Positions 1-21,065 of a stretch of 64,000 bases of DNA are shown in pieces. The notes under the pieces are model-generated. The model searched no databases. It was given only the letters and a program-made list of their open reading frames with translations, and was not told where the DNA came from. The translations under genes were made by a program, and so were the position numbers. Position 1 is the stretch's first letter. Every line of letters starts with the position of its first letter. Source of the DNA: the human T2T-CHM13v2.0 reference genome, Homo sapiens; NCBI RefSeq assembly GCF_009914755.1, contig NC_060927.1. One strand, given 5' to 3'.

Positions 1-256
1 ATCTCTTGCACATCCCTCCCCATCTTCTCAGAGGTCCCACATGGACACGACTGAACTGAATTCGGCAATGCTATGTTTTCCAGGGTTAGTGCCTTCTAGG
101 TTCACTATCTTTTGCTTTATGGATTGTCCTCATGTTTTTTGTTTTTGTTTTATCAGGGGTTCTTTTGTATGTATGTGTTCTTTCTCATATTGGGAAGTTT
201 ATAGCTTGCTTTAATTCTTCTGGTAAACACCTTGATAACTCTATATGAAATATTTA

Positions 257-583
<327 letters not shown>

Positions 584-1182
584 TCATGGAATGTAGATGT
601 GTGACCTCTATGCCAGAAGTAGACTACATGCAGAACTGTTCCATACTGAAATATATCTATCCACACTTAATTATTCACCAATGTGCAACCCCTGGCAAGG
701 ATTTCTGGGCATCTGGAAACTGGATTTCCGACTCGGAGTGCGCTGCCGACTTCTGCCATGTGTTCTGCTGCTGATCTTTGTCAGAACAGCTCTTTCCTGA
801 CTCTACTCTTGTCCTGGCGTTAGTGCCTTGAGACAATATCTAATGTTTCTTTGTTATATGTGACGAGGACATTAACACACTTAATACTTCTCCCCACTAA
901 CTGGACTTCTACCTCCTGATTTTTATTAGTTATAAAATTATTTTTGGCTCATCTGGTGATTCCTTATATAGTTTCAAAATAAATGTTTAAGCCTCTGTGT
1001 ATTGATGTATCAGTCACAGAGTTTCTGTTCTATTTACTGTATCTGTTCTATCAACTCATTCTCTACCAAGAAAAATGAGAAAGTTAATAGACCTATATTG
1101 CCTCTCAAATGCTCCTTGATCCTTCCTTCAGAATATATACATACACCCCTGGAAGCATGCAGTCTCTTCCCATTGTCAAATA

Positions 1183-3412
<2,230 letters not shown>

Positions 3413-3588
3413 GATATAAAAATTATCTTCTGGACTTACGCCTGTAATCCCAGTGTTCTGGGAGGTCAAGGCAGGAGGATTGCTTAAGCCCAGGAGTTTG
3501 AGACAGCCTGGGCAACATAGCAAGACTCCATAACTATTTTTTTGTAATTATCTTCTGAAACCATACTTCTCCAGTTATGTAGTTTTAG

Positions 3589-4014
<426 letters not shown>

Positions 4015-4193
4015 TAAATTCATTTGTATCTGGGAATAAATTCCTTAGCCTAAATAATGACCTGGCTTTGAACCATACTCTTTCCTTCAGGAAAAATCAA
4101 TATTCTACTATTTTCTTGTACTGAATTCTACCCTGGAGAATGGAGAATTTTCCTCTGTTGTTTTTTTTTGTTTTGTTTTGTTTTGTTTTTTGA

Positions 4194-4307
<114 letters not shown>

Positions 4308-5666
4308 TAGGATTACAGGCGCCCACCACCACACCTGGCTAATTTTTGTATTTTTAGTAGATATGGCTTTTCGCCATGTTGGCCAGGCTGGTCTTGAACT
4401 CCTGACCTCAGGTGATCCTCCTGCCTCAGCTGCCCAAGGTGCTGGGATTACAGGCATGAGTTACTGAGCCTGGGCGAGAATTTTCTCCTTTTTATGTCAC
4501 TTGCATTTTTTCTACAACATACCTGAAGCATTATTTCCTTTTTCCAGAAAAACTCCCCACTGATGTAGAAGCTCCAGGATAATTCATCTGTTCCACCCGT
4601 TGTATTCTCAGTGCCAAGAACAGGGCCTGGTTCAGAGTTAGCATCAATAAATGTTGCTTGAACAAATGAATATCAACCTGCTAGCATGTTCTGCAGACAT
4701 CAGATCCTCCAAAGTGTTGGGATTACAGGTGCAAGCCACCACACCCGGCCTCATTCTTTAAATATTCATTTCTGTTGGTATTTCTAAAGTCATCAGATAC
4801 TTGTATGCCTTCAGAAAGCAAAATCCTTTTGAGTTATGTTATTGTTATGGTACAAAGTCAAGGTTGTTCAGAGGTAGAGCAACAGAGCACATATAACCAG
4901 TGACCACAGAACATGTTAAACTGGTTTTTAAAGCTTAACTTCTTCTATTTGAGTTTATCTGAAACAGGAGAAATTTTGCCTGTCCTTTTCAGACTACTCT
5001 GAAATTCAATTACTCTGAAATGCCATTTCCTGTTGACAGTTGGAAAATTACAGTTGGATGAGTGGTGTTTCCAATATCCTTTGATAAGGAATTCAGACTC
5101 CTATTTAGAGCAGGCATGATTATCATGTATTCCCTTCTATCTCTTAAAAGAAAAGAAACATATCCAAGTAGGATACCAGGGCAATCTCACTGTAACTTCT
5201 TTAGCATAATTGTGCCTGAGATGTTTTCTTGCAATTTAATGCATGGTCGCCTGCAGGTCAAACCTGGTCATGCCCATTTATATATTGTCCACGGCTACTT
5301 TCCTGCTCTAAAGGCAGAGCTGAATGGCTATGACTAATGGCCCATAAAGCTGAAAATATTTACTCTCTGGCTCTTTACAGAAAATGTTTGCCAACCCTAG
5401 TCTAATGTCCTAAATACAAATACAGGCCAAGTGCGGGTGGCTCACACCTGTAATCCCAGCACTTTGGGAGGGTCCCTTGACGTGAGGAGTGGGAGACCAC
5501 CCTGGGCAACATAGTGAGATCCCATCTCCATAAAACAAAAAAACAAAAAAACACGTCTTTGGAAACAGCATGAGTTTTGGAGTCAGACCTAGGTTTGATG
5601 TCCAACTCCACTGCCTATTAGCTATGTGACCCCTGGTAATTAATTGCCTAACCTCTCTGGGCCTCA

Positions 5667-5837
<171 letters not shown>

Positions 5838-7482
5838 TTAGCTGGGTGTGGTGGCACATGCCTGTAATCCCAGCTACTTGGGAGGCTGAGGCAGGAGGAT
5901 TTCTTGAACCCAGGAGGCAGAGTTTGCAGTGAGTCGAGACCCAGCCACTGCACTCCAGGCTGGGTGACAGAGTGAGACTCTGTCTCAAAAATAAATAAAT
6001 AAAAATAAATAAAAATACAAAAATTAGCCGGGTGTGGTAGCGCACACCTGTAATCCCAGCTACTCGGGAGGCTGAGGCAGGAGAATCGCTCGAACCCAGC
6101 AGGTGGCAGTTGTGGTGGGCCAGGATTGTGCCACTGCACTCTTAGCCTGGACGACAGAGTAAGACTCCGTCTCAAAAAAAAAAAAAAAAAAAATTCTAAA
6201 GCTGGGCATGGTGGTGCAGGCCTATATAGTCCCAGCTACTTGGGAGGCTGAGGCAGGAAAACCACTTGAGTCCAGGGTTCAAAGCCTGCCTGGGCAATAT
6301 GGCAACACCCATCTCTTTAAAAAAAAAAAAAATTTCCCACTGGGTGCTGTGGCTCACGCCTGTAATCCCAACACTTTTGGAGGCCAAGGTAGGAGGATCA
6401 CTTGAGCCCAAGAGTTCGAGACCCGCCTGGAACAATAAGGTGAGACCCTGTCTCTAGAAAAAATCAAAAAGTTAGCTGGGCGTGGTTGCACATGCTGGTG
6501 GTCCCAGCTACACTGAGCCTGTGGCAGAAGGTGGCTTGCACCCAGGAAATCAAGGCTGCAGTGAGCTGTGAGCTGCGATCACACTACTGCACTCCAGCCT
6601 GGGCAACAGAGTAAGAACTTGTCTAAAAACAAACAAAAAACAAAACAAAAAAAGCCTGTGCTGTCTCAGCTACACACTCAGCTCTGGCTTCTTCTACCTC
6701 ATTTTGGAGGAATTAATTTTATTTCCCATATTTCTGACTGGAGAAAACCCTCTTCAAAGAGAGGAGACTCCTCATTCATATCCAAAGAGGCATCTGTGAA
6801 AAAAGAAGACAGAATTATGGACAGAGGCGAGGAAATTCTGAGATTCTACGATAGTCAATAAGCAAAGGTGGGAATTGTTTGAACCCGGGAGGCGGAGGTT
6901 GCAGTGAGCCGAGATCACACCACTGCACTCCAGCCTGGGTGACAGAAAGACTCCGTCTCAAAAAAAAAAAAAAGAAGGTATCTCAGACCCATCTCAGACC
7001 TTGATGAAGGTGCCTTGGACCCTTTGGTCCACTGACCTCCAAACCTACATTACAGAAGTGAAATTCTGTAGGACATGTAGAAGTGAAATTCATGTAGGAC
7101 ATGACAGAATTTCATGTCAATTTCACGTCCTACATGAAATTAACCTTGACGTGTAGTGCCCAGTCAGGAAGTAAAACAGCCCTGACTCATACTGCTTTTT
7201 TATCTCGAGTTTTGGTTTCTAAGGTGTGCTTGAGCTTTCTTCCCCTCCACCCCATCCCCAAACGTGACATAGATGTATATTAATAACTTCTTTAGAACAG
7301 AGGTCCACAGTCAGGTTTACTGACTTGATGCTGCCTGAAAGTATTTACTGAAGGCAGGGCACGGTGGCTCACGCCTGTAATCCCAGAACTTTGGGAGGCT
7401 GAGGAGGGTGGATTGCCTGAGTTCAGGAGTTTGAGACCAGCCTGGCCAGCCTGGCCAACATGGCGAAACCCCGTCTCTACTA

Positions 7483-7683
<201 letters not shown>

Positions 7684-8008
7684 TTACTGAGACCCAGATA
7701 AAGATTAACAGATACATTTTCAAGTATTCTGCATGCTTGGCAATGGATGTTACTGTCTGGGATACAAGCTCATTACACGTTGATGCCGTTGATGCCAAAA
7801 TGTTCACAGTAACCTATGCTTGAGCACACTCTTATGCTTGCCTGAAGACACTGTTCTGAAGGAATTTCCAAAAGTCCAAGAAATAAAAATCTGAAGTTTT
7901 TTTAGGCCAGAAACTTTGCCTTCCTCGTATTAGAAAATGAGTTGGGGCCGGGCGCAGTGGCTCAAGCCTGTAATCCCAGCATGTTGGGAGGCCGAGGCGG
8001 GCGAATCA

Positions 8009-8263
<255 letters not shown>

Positions 8264-8387
8264 CTAGGTCAAGCACGGTGGCTCACACCTGTAATCCTAG
8301 CACTTTGGGAGGCCGAGGTAGGTGGATCACCTGAGGTCAGGAGTTCGAGACCAGCCTGGCCAATATGGTGAAACCCCATCTCCACTA

Positions 8388-8648
<261 letters not shown>

Positions 8649-8842
8649 TCAAACCTGGTGAAGCATTTGTTTTGCCAGGCATGGTGGCTCACACCCGTAA
8701 TCACAGCACTTTGGGAGGCCGAGGCAGGGGGATCACGAGGTCAAGAGTTCAAGACCAGCCTGGCCAAGATGGCGAAACTCCGTCTCTCCTAAAAATACAA
8801 AAATTAGCTGGGCGTGGTGGTGGGTGCCTGTAATCCCAGCTA

Positions 8843-9055
<213 letters not shown>

Positions 9056-10304
9056 TTAACCACTGGCTGTGTTTCTTTAGGATGCAACCGAGAAAATAAA
9101 TGAGATGCCAGATTTTCTCATTCTCATTTCTGAATCATGTGCATAAATATGCACATTCACACCCCCTCATTCACCTTTGCCAACTTGTTAGAGAAAGATG
9201 AGTCACCACACAGGCACAGTTCCAAATCATTCTAGAGGATTGCAAATATCTGAGGAAATAATTCTGGTTTTGGCATTAAACAATTTTTTCTGGGAAAATA
9301 TCTATCTAGTTTTACAGTTGCTATGGGCCAAAATATCGATAGCAGAGTAACTTTTAAAAATACTTATGTCAAGCAGTCTTAATTTAGAACAATATTTTAA
9401 AACCTATGTTTGTTTCACCACCTGCAGCTGAAAAACCCTGAGGAATTGTTAAAAATGCAGATTCTAGGCCAGGCACAATGGTATGTGCCTGTAAGTTCCA
9501 GATACAGACAGGGCGGGAAAATTTTTGAGACAGGGTCTTGTTCAGCCAGGCTGAAGTGCAGTGGCTACTCAGAGGCACAGTCATAGCTCACTGCAGCCTC
9601 CAACTCCTGGGCTCAAGCGATCCTCCCACCTCGGCCTCCCCAAGTGCTGGGACTACAGATGTGAGCCCCTAGGACCAACCAAAAAAATTTTTTAAGATGT
9701 AGATTCCAGGATCTCACTCCCAGATCTACTAAGTTTGGATTTTTGGAGGTGGAGTCTGCATTTTAATCAAGCCCTCAGGGGATTCTAGTGTACTTTAGTT
9801 TGTTAGCCATTGCTTTGTTCACTGGTAAGATTATGGCAAACATTCCTAACATTATTTCACAAAGATTAGAAAACAAAACAAACATTTCTGAAACTGAATG
9901 ACTTGTATCCTTGGGATTTCTGAAGCCCATTTTAATGCTTGTTAATTTTTGAACTGCAAGCAGAAGGGAAAAACAAGAAGTCCATGTATTTGAGATTAAT
10001 AATGTCTGCTACCAGATGAATATTATTCAACACCCTCCCTAATGAAAGTTCCAAGTTTATGGTTTCCTAGACACTGAGAAGACTAGAATTAGCTTACAGC
10101 TATACTATTTTTTTTCCTTCTACCTACAGAAGTTTATTCTTGTGTGTCTCTGTCTGCTGAGATTCTATCATGCAGCAGTGACAGTCTTCTAGAATCTAGC
10201 AGTAAAACAAGACTTTACTTCTGAGAAGATGCTAAGGAAAAGGAAGGTCACAAAAAAATTAAGTTGCCATTTTTTTCAACTTTATAAATGGAGATACATA
10301 ATGA

Positions 10305-10683
<379 letters not shown>

Positions 10684-10834
10684 TGACCATTTATCTTAAT
10701 TTTTTTAATTTAAAAATGATAATAGGCCGGGCGCGGTGGCTCACACCTGTAATCCCAGACTTTGGAAGGCCAAGGCGGGTGGATCACAGGATTGAGACCA
10801 TCCTGGCCAACGTGGTGAAACCTCATCTCTACTA

Positions 10835-11047
<213 letters not shown>

Positions 11048-12243
11048 TTAAAAATATCATCATTGGTATGATTTTAACTTACTAGAAAATCAACTTCAAA
11101 ACCATATATAAAGAAAAATTTATAGGCCAGAAATCCTAATACTATTTTTCCATTTCCCTTCTAAACTTCATTCACATATGCATACATACATGATTTTAAC
11201 ATAGTTGTAATTATAGTTTACCAACAAATTTAAGTTCTACTTTTTCTACTTTGCATTACTTTAAAAATGTTTGCTTATTTCTGCATATCATCAGAATCAG
11301 TTGAAAGGCTACTTTAAAAAAATTAAGTTGATATACTGTCTTTTATCCATTCCTGTATGTAGAAACATTTTGGTTATATCTAGTTTCAAGTTATTGCAAG
11401 TAATATAGTTAGACTTATCTCTGCATAGGAGGCTTTTTTCTTTTAAAAGTTATGCATTTAGAATAAATTCCCAGCAATGGTTTTACTAGCTTAAAGTATA
11501 TGAACATTTTTACAAGTCTTAATATATAACATATTTACCCTTTGCCCTTCAAAAAAATTATATCAACCTTCATTACCACAGCTATCTGAAACAAAACTGA
11601 ATACCTAAAAAGGTTGCAAAGTGTTGAATTTTATTTTTTTAAGCATTTCACTTTATTTTTGTTACATTATCTGGTACATTAGGGTTTTAATTTTGATTTC
11701 TTCATTATGATTAATAATTTTTAAGTTATAAGAATGCCAGGAACCATTCCAAGGAGTTTATCTATATAAAATTATGTTTTCTCTAAGAATAATTTAAATA
11801 AACTCTCAATGCATGAAAATATAAAAACCAACCCTTGATATATTAAATATAAGATAGATTTTTATATTTCCAGAAAATAAATCATCTCATTTCACAGAAC
11901 TAGAAAGGCACAGATAAATAGGCTAAGAAAGAAAATAAGACTTCTAGATTTTTCAGCATATTTGATTGTTGTAAATAAGAAGAAATTAATTCAAAGACAT
12001 AATAGCTTCTTTTATTATTGAGAAATTTTTTTCAGGATGAGAAAGTTCATCTAACCTGTATCTTTTTTTTTTTTTTTTAAGGAAATGTTAAGGAAATGAT
12101 ACAGGCTTCCTATATCTTTTTCCTTAAAAACGACTCTATGGACTTAAGTTCACCGAAGGAAGTGGAATGATGACATGCAAAATGACAACACAACTAATTC
12201 TATTTTTTAAGCAGTTAAGAAAACCAGTTTGTAAATAACCTAC

Positions 12244-12292
12244 CTGATCTTGACAAGCACAACAAACTGATGAATAAGTAGAATCTCAACAT
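12244..12292 (-). CDS. LIPH: Lipase member H, coding exon 1 (signal peptide MLRFYLFISLLCLSRS + first base of Asp codon)
   Basis: Minus strand reads ATG TTG AGA TTC TAC TTA TTC ATC AGT TTG TTG TGC TTG TCA AGA TCA G|GTAGGT. This matches the known LIPH N-terminus, with a canonical phase-1 donor. Confidence 0.93.
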
Positions 12293-12892
12293 ATGGAAAC
12301 TGGAGAGATCGTGTGTCACATTCACAAGAATGATTTACTTCGCAGAGGCTTAAGAGTTTCCACTGTGGGATTTTGCTCACAGTGAGCTCAGACGACTCAG
12401 AGGTGTGGTGACAACAGGAAGTTCCCTAGGGACTGACTGCAGGCAGTCCCAACCCTTTCAGGATCTTTGACTCCTCCTCTTTTCAATAAAAGGTCACTCA
12501 TTGTCTACTTTATACAATTTTGTGCATATCTTAATATTATAATCTGCATCTGCAGAATGACGAGTTCAGAATAGTTTCATTCTTCGTGGGCGGTTTATTA
12601 GTTGTTTGGCTTGGTGTGTTGAAACCAAGTGTGACTTGAGATCTTTTCCCCTTGGTTCTTGTGAATGAAATAACAAATCCAGTTTGTATCTGTTGGCCTG
12701 TATATACAAAACCAGTTTTTATGTTAATTCATACACTCATTCATCATAGGGCAGTCTTTAGATTTTAAGAACATTTCATTAGGTCCAATTATACATCTAC
12801 ATTTGCCAAAATATATGTATGCTTCAGATTAAAAGAAACTTTTTTTGGTATTATATATCTTTATTTGTATTTCTTCCTACCGAGAATTTCTA

Positions 12893-13039
<147 letters not shown>

Positions 13040-13502
13040 CTACTAAAATTACAAAAATTAGCCGGGTGTGGTGACACGCACCTGTAATCCCAGCTACCTC
13101 AGGAGGCTGAGGCACAAGAATTGCTTGAACCCGGGAGGCAGAGGTTGCAATGAGTCCAGGTCACATCACTGCACTTCAGCCTGGGCGACAGAGTGACTGT
13201 CTCAAACAATAAATACATAAATAAAAAGGAAAAATAAATGAAAAACTTTCAAATAGAACCCCATGCCAGAATCTATGTATCTCAGGGATAGAGGTAACTA
13301 AACTTGTGCTTCATAGCTCCAAGGTAATTTAATTCCCTTTCTGGCGAGAGTGCTTGCAACACTAACTCAGGCTTCTAGTGGTCTGATGAGCTTAAAAATC
13401 AATTAATAAGCCGGGCGCGGTGGCTCAAACCTGTAATCCCAGCACTTTGGGAGGCCGAGGCGGGCGGATCACGAGGTCAGGAGATCGAGACCATCCTGGC
13501 TA

Positions 13503-13715
<213 letters not shown>

Positions 13716-14397
13716 TTAATATGCTGGGCGCGGTGGCTCATGCCTGTAATCTCAGCACTTTGGGAGGCTGAAGGGGGTGGATCGCTTGAGCCCAGGAGTT
13801 CCAGTCCAGCTTGGGCAACATGGCAAAAACCCATCTCTGAAAAAAAATACAGACATTCTTTAGTGCACCTGTGGTCCCAGCTACTAAGGAGGCTGAAGTG
13901 GGAGGATCACCTGAGCCCAGGAAGCAGGAAGTTGCCATGAGCCAAAATCATACCACTGCACTCCAGCCTGGGTGACAGAGTGAGACCCCGTCTCTAAATA
14001 AATAAATAAATAAATAATAAAGACGCAACTTAAGAAAACATTTCATCCAAAGCATCAGGCAAAAGCAATTAGTCATTTAGCATTGTCTACCTGAAGTATG
14101 GGTTTGTGAAGTAATAGTACCGCTCATATAAGTTTATCTATTAGTTCTCTTCATGTTCCCACCCCATTTGAGTAGCAGGAGATTCCTTTGCAGGAAGTAG
14201 ATTCTAGCAATGCTTCCCAAGAAGTCAGTAAGTCAGAATCACCTGGGGGCTTTTAAAAGTACTGTGTGCAGATTTCTGTGTCACACATCAGACCTAATGA
14301 ATACCAAGACTGCCTAGGGCTGACTTATTATACTAACCTGAGTTCAAATCCCTTGTCTTCCACTAGCTTAGTTGTGTAGACTTAGGCAAAACATTTA

Positions 14398-14434
<37 letters not shown>

Positions 14435-14437
14435 TGA

Positions 14438-14596
<159 letters not shown>

Positions 14597-15372
14597 TAGT
14601 AGAGACGAGGTTTCACCGTGTTAGCCAGGATGGTCTCATCTCCTGACCTCGTGATCCGCCCGCCTCGGCCTCCCAAAGTGCTGGGATTACAGGCGTCAGC
14701 CACCGCGCCCGGCCCGCCGCTTTCTTTTCTTTTCTTTTTTTTTTTTTTTCAGACAAAGTCTCACTCTACCACCCAGGCTGGAGTGCAGTGGTGCAAGCTC
14801 ACTGTAACCTCGAACTCCTAGGCTCAAGTGATCCCCCTGCCTCAGCTTCCCTAGAACTACAGGTGTATGCCACCACGCACGGCTAATTTTGTGATTGTAG
14901 AGGTGGGATACTTGCTACATTGCCCAGGCTGGTCTCAGAACTTCTGGATTCAAGTGATATTCCCACCTCAGCCTCCCAAAGTGTTGAGATTACAGGCATG
15001 AGTCACCGTGCCTGACCCAACATTTAGGTACTTAAAGTCTGTTTTCTTAGCTGTAAAATGAAGATAATAAAATCACACATTTCACAGGGTTGTTATACGG
15101 ACTAAATGAGATATTACAGCTAAAGTCCTTAGCACTGCGCTAAGGTGAGCGCTCTGGCAGCTTGATAACTGTTGTTATTATCTAGCTGGCCACACATCTG
15201 TACCTTTCCTATCCAGCAGAAGGCAGGCTGCACAATGTTGAGAAGAGAGACTTAGACAGGACTTTTAGGACTGGGGGCACCCTAAGTCTTGGGTCTTCAG
15301 GTGAGAGACTTCAGTCACCACTTCAGCCTGTTTTTGGTTTTGGTTTTGTCTCCTGCTTGGAGAAATAAATTA

Positions 15373-15751
<379 letters not shown>

Positions 15752-16583
15752 TTAGTTTAGAGAAAAATTTGCTTTTATTGCTGTAAGCTTTACTAATTTG
15801 AAAACAACTGCCCTCTGGAACAAATGGAGACTTGTTTCACATCTCTTTTAGGAACCTGTTAGGGAATTCCTTGCTCCCTGTTCAATCAGTGTACTTGCCT
15901 GATAAATATTTGTTAGGTCCTGTGAGTTTTAAGTACCATGCCAAGTGCTTATCTACACAGAGCTAATGTACATTTTCCTGGAAACTATCCAATTATAGGA
16001 AAGGGAATCATTTCTGTTGGGAGGATTCTTTGTGTTACTTTTTGTTGTTGTTGTTGTTTTTGAAACAGGGTCTCACTCTGTCATCCAGACTTGAGTGCAG
16101 TGACTCCATCACAGCTCACTGGTCTTGACCTCCTGGGCTTAAGGGATTCTCCCACCTCAGCCTCCTGAGGAGCTGGGGTCACAGGCACATGTCACCATGC
16201 CCTGCTAATTTTTTAATGTTTTTGTAGAGATGGTGTCTCACAGTGTTGCCCAGGCTGGTCTCAAACCCCTGGACTCAAGCAGTCCTCCCGCCTTAGCCTC
16301 TCAAAGTGCTGGGATTACAGGCATGAGCCACCGTGCCTGGCCTCTTTGTGTTACTATTAACGATTTTCCTGCTGGTGGGCACAGAAGGTCTCTAACTTCT
16401 TAACGTGCTCCTTTCTATTTTAGGCTTTCAGAACAGCACAAAAATCGATGGGAGAATCTGTCCCTTATTTTTTTGCAATAGTGAGAAATATCAAATATAA
16501 GAAAACATAAAACATTCCCGAGAATGGGGAGAGGAGAGGCAGGGAGGAGAGGAGAATGGGTTTGACTGTAGAAGAATCTTTTA

Positions 16584-16880
<297 letters not shown>

Positions 16881-17454
16881 TTAGTGATGAAATAATTGTG
16901 TATCTTAATTGTGGTAGTGGCTATGTGGTGGTGGACAGGTGATAAAATAGCACAGAACTACACACATTTACATGTGAAACTCTAAATGAGATCTGTGGAT
17001 TGTCAACCAGGGTCAATTTTTTTGTTTTGCTTATTTTTATATTGATTTTTTATTTTTTTGAGACAAGGTCTCACCCTGTCACCCACCACAACCTCCAACT
17101 CTTGGGCTCAACTGATCCTCCACCTCAGCCTCCTGAGTAGCTGGGACCATAGGCACAAGCCACTGCACCTATTTTTGTAACTTTCTGAGAACCAATAATT
17201 ATTTTTATTTTCTTTTAGTTTTCTTTTTTTTTTTTTGTGACAGTCTTGCTCTGTAGCCCAGGCTAGAGTGTAGTGGTGCAACCTCGGTTCACCACAACCT
17301 CCGCCTCCCAGTTTCTAGCTATCCTCCTGCCCCTCAGCCTCCTGAGTAGCTGGGATTACAGGCATGTGCCACCACGCAGAGCTAATTTTTGTATTTTTTA
17401 GTAGAGACAGCGTTTTGCCATGTTGGCCAGGCTGGTCTCAAACTCCTGGACTCA

Positions 17455-18111
<657 letters not shown>

Positions 18112-18748
18112 TTATTCAAAAGTATTCTAAGAAAAAGCATTTCTTCATTTCCAATCAGTTAATTACTATTTTCTCAATTCTATGACCTCCTGATTACAAC
18201 TCAAGAATACCACAGTTTTCCTAGTTTCCAATCTAGAAACCTATGGGTTTTTCTTCTTCTTTATTAAACCTAGAAGTCACTTGCTACAGAGAACATATTT
18301 AAAAGGTACAGGCAAGCTTCCAAACGCATGGACAGGAAAAACAGGTATGAAGTGTAATGGAACTAAGGGGTGGAGATTTTATAACTCTCATTTGTTTCAA
18401 CAGCCAAGAAAGGTGACCTACGTCCCCACCCGCCCAGGTCTAGGGCTCCAAGCTGGTATATGACTCACTATAACACCCTTTGGTCTTCCCTTCCACATCA
18501 GTGACCCTGCCATTTCTCACTTGCAGTCCAAGTTTGGAAAGATAAGTGGGTTTCTTCAATTCATATCCTGCAAAGAGATAAGGGTAACTTTCCCCAATTC
18601 CATTTATTTGTTTCATTTCATCATTCCCTCATTTATGGAACATTTCTGGAGCTCTCAGTACAAGAAATAAGGAAGAAATAGAACATGCTCCTTCCCTCAA
18701 GAAGATAGACACATTAACAATGAAAATGGTAATAATAATGCTAATATA

Positions 18749-18782
18749 GGCCAGCATGGTGGCTCATGCCTGTGATGCCAAC
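18749..18782 (+). mobile_element. AluS 5' piece (host of the old ERV; resumes at 35557)
   Basis: GGCCAGCATGGTGGCTCATGCCTGTGATGCCAAC is an Alu 5' end that stops abruptly at the ERV LTR TG. Confidence 0.85.
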
Positions 18783-19118
18783 TGTGGGGGGCGCAAGGCA
18801 ACATAGTCAAGCTTATGTACAAGGCATTTGAGGTCGGGGCATGGAAAAATACTGAGGCGCTGTGTGTATGTTATTTGTGCATGAGAATGAAACTCGACCC
18901 TGAAAACAGGACAGGGAGTGGAGTGTGTGGTGTGATAAGGAACGCTGAAAACAGCCTCCTGAGAATGCAGTTTGAGTGCTTTTACAAGGCCACAGGTGCC
19001 TCACGACCCGACCTCAAAAACGCCATCTAGTGGATGTTTGTGGTTTAACAAGCCCTTTCAATAAATACTTGGCGGACGGATGCCGGGGCGGACTCTCTTA
19101 GAAGAGCTACCCCGCAAT

Positions 19119-19407
19119 GCCGGGCGCGGTGGCTCACGCCTGTAATCCTAGCACTTTGGGAGACGGAGAGGGGTGGATCACGATTCAAGACCAGCCTGGT
19201 CAAGATGATGAAACCCCGTCTCTACTAAAAATACAAAAAAATTAGCCGGGCGTGGTGGCAGGTGCCTGTAATCCCAGCTACTCGGGAGGCTGAGGCAGAG
19301 AATTGCTTGAACCCAGGAGGCAGAGGTTGCAGTGAGCCGAGATCATGCCACTGCACTCCAGCCTGGGCAACAGAGCGACTCCGTCTCAAAAAAAAAAAAA
19401 AAAAAAG
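19119..19407 (+). mobile_element. AluS (Sg-like) inserted in old ERV 5' LTR
   Basis: Near full-length Alu with poly(A); flanked by AAGAGCTACCCC / AAGAGCCACCCC. Confidence 0.9.
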
Positions 19408-19420
19408 AAGAGCCACCCCC

Positions 19421-19721
19421 CATTCTAACTGGCGTGAGATGGTATCTCATCGTGGTTTTGATTTGCATTTCTCTAATGACCAGTGATGATCTTTTCTCGT
19501 GTCTGTTGGCTGCATAAATGTCTTCTTTTGAGAAGCGTCTGTTCACACATCGGGGCCTGTGGTGGAGTGGGGGGCTAGGGGAGGGATAACATTAGGAGAA
19601 ATACCTAATGTAGGTGACGGGTTGATGGGTGCAGCAAACCAGGGCACGTGTATACCTGTGTAACAAAACTGCACGTTCTGCACATGTAACCCAAAACTTA
19701 AAGTATAGTTAAAAAATAAAT
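19421..19721. mobile_element. 5'-inverted, truncated L1PA insertion (twin-priming structure)
   Basis: Antisense L1 segment (~19421-19545) joined to a sense L1 3' end with A-tail (~19546-19721), followed by the duplicated target AAGAGCTGCCCCCC. Confidence 0.8.
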
Positions 19722-19804
19722 AAGAGCTGCCCCCCGCCCCGCTCAGCTGGAATTGTCTGAGAACCCATTTCGTGGCATTCATTGTAAACTATAAGCTCTG
19801 CAAG

Positions 19805-19822
19805 TGGTGTCCCCGACATGAT
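19805..19822 (+). other. Primer binding site of old ERV, tRNA-Trp-like
   Basis: TGGTGTCCCCGACATGAT, 2 nt after the LTR; 16/18 match to the tRNA-Trp PBS TGGTGACCCCGACGTGAT. Confidence 0.75.
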
Positions 19823-19918
19823 CGCCTTAAAGTTACGTGTGAAGGAGGAGAGCTCATCAATTTTCGGTGAATCTCCACCTGAAAAGAATTCAGAAGATTT
19901 AAAGGGAGAGATTCCTGA

Positions 19919-21064
<1,146 letters not shown>

Positions 21065-21065
<1 letters not shown>

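Larger units (their letters stand above)
18783..19802 (+). repeat. 5' LTR of old ERV (~400 bp core) interrupted by Alu + L1
   Basis: Aligns to 35160-35556; contains AATAAA; ends AAGCTCTGCA immediately before the PBS. Confidence 0.9.

Noticed and set aside
12509-12514. TATAAA on the minus strand upstream of the LIPH ATG
   Set aside because: AT-rich context and the TSS cannot be determined from sequence, so it cannot be called a TATA box.
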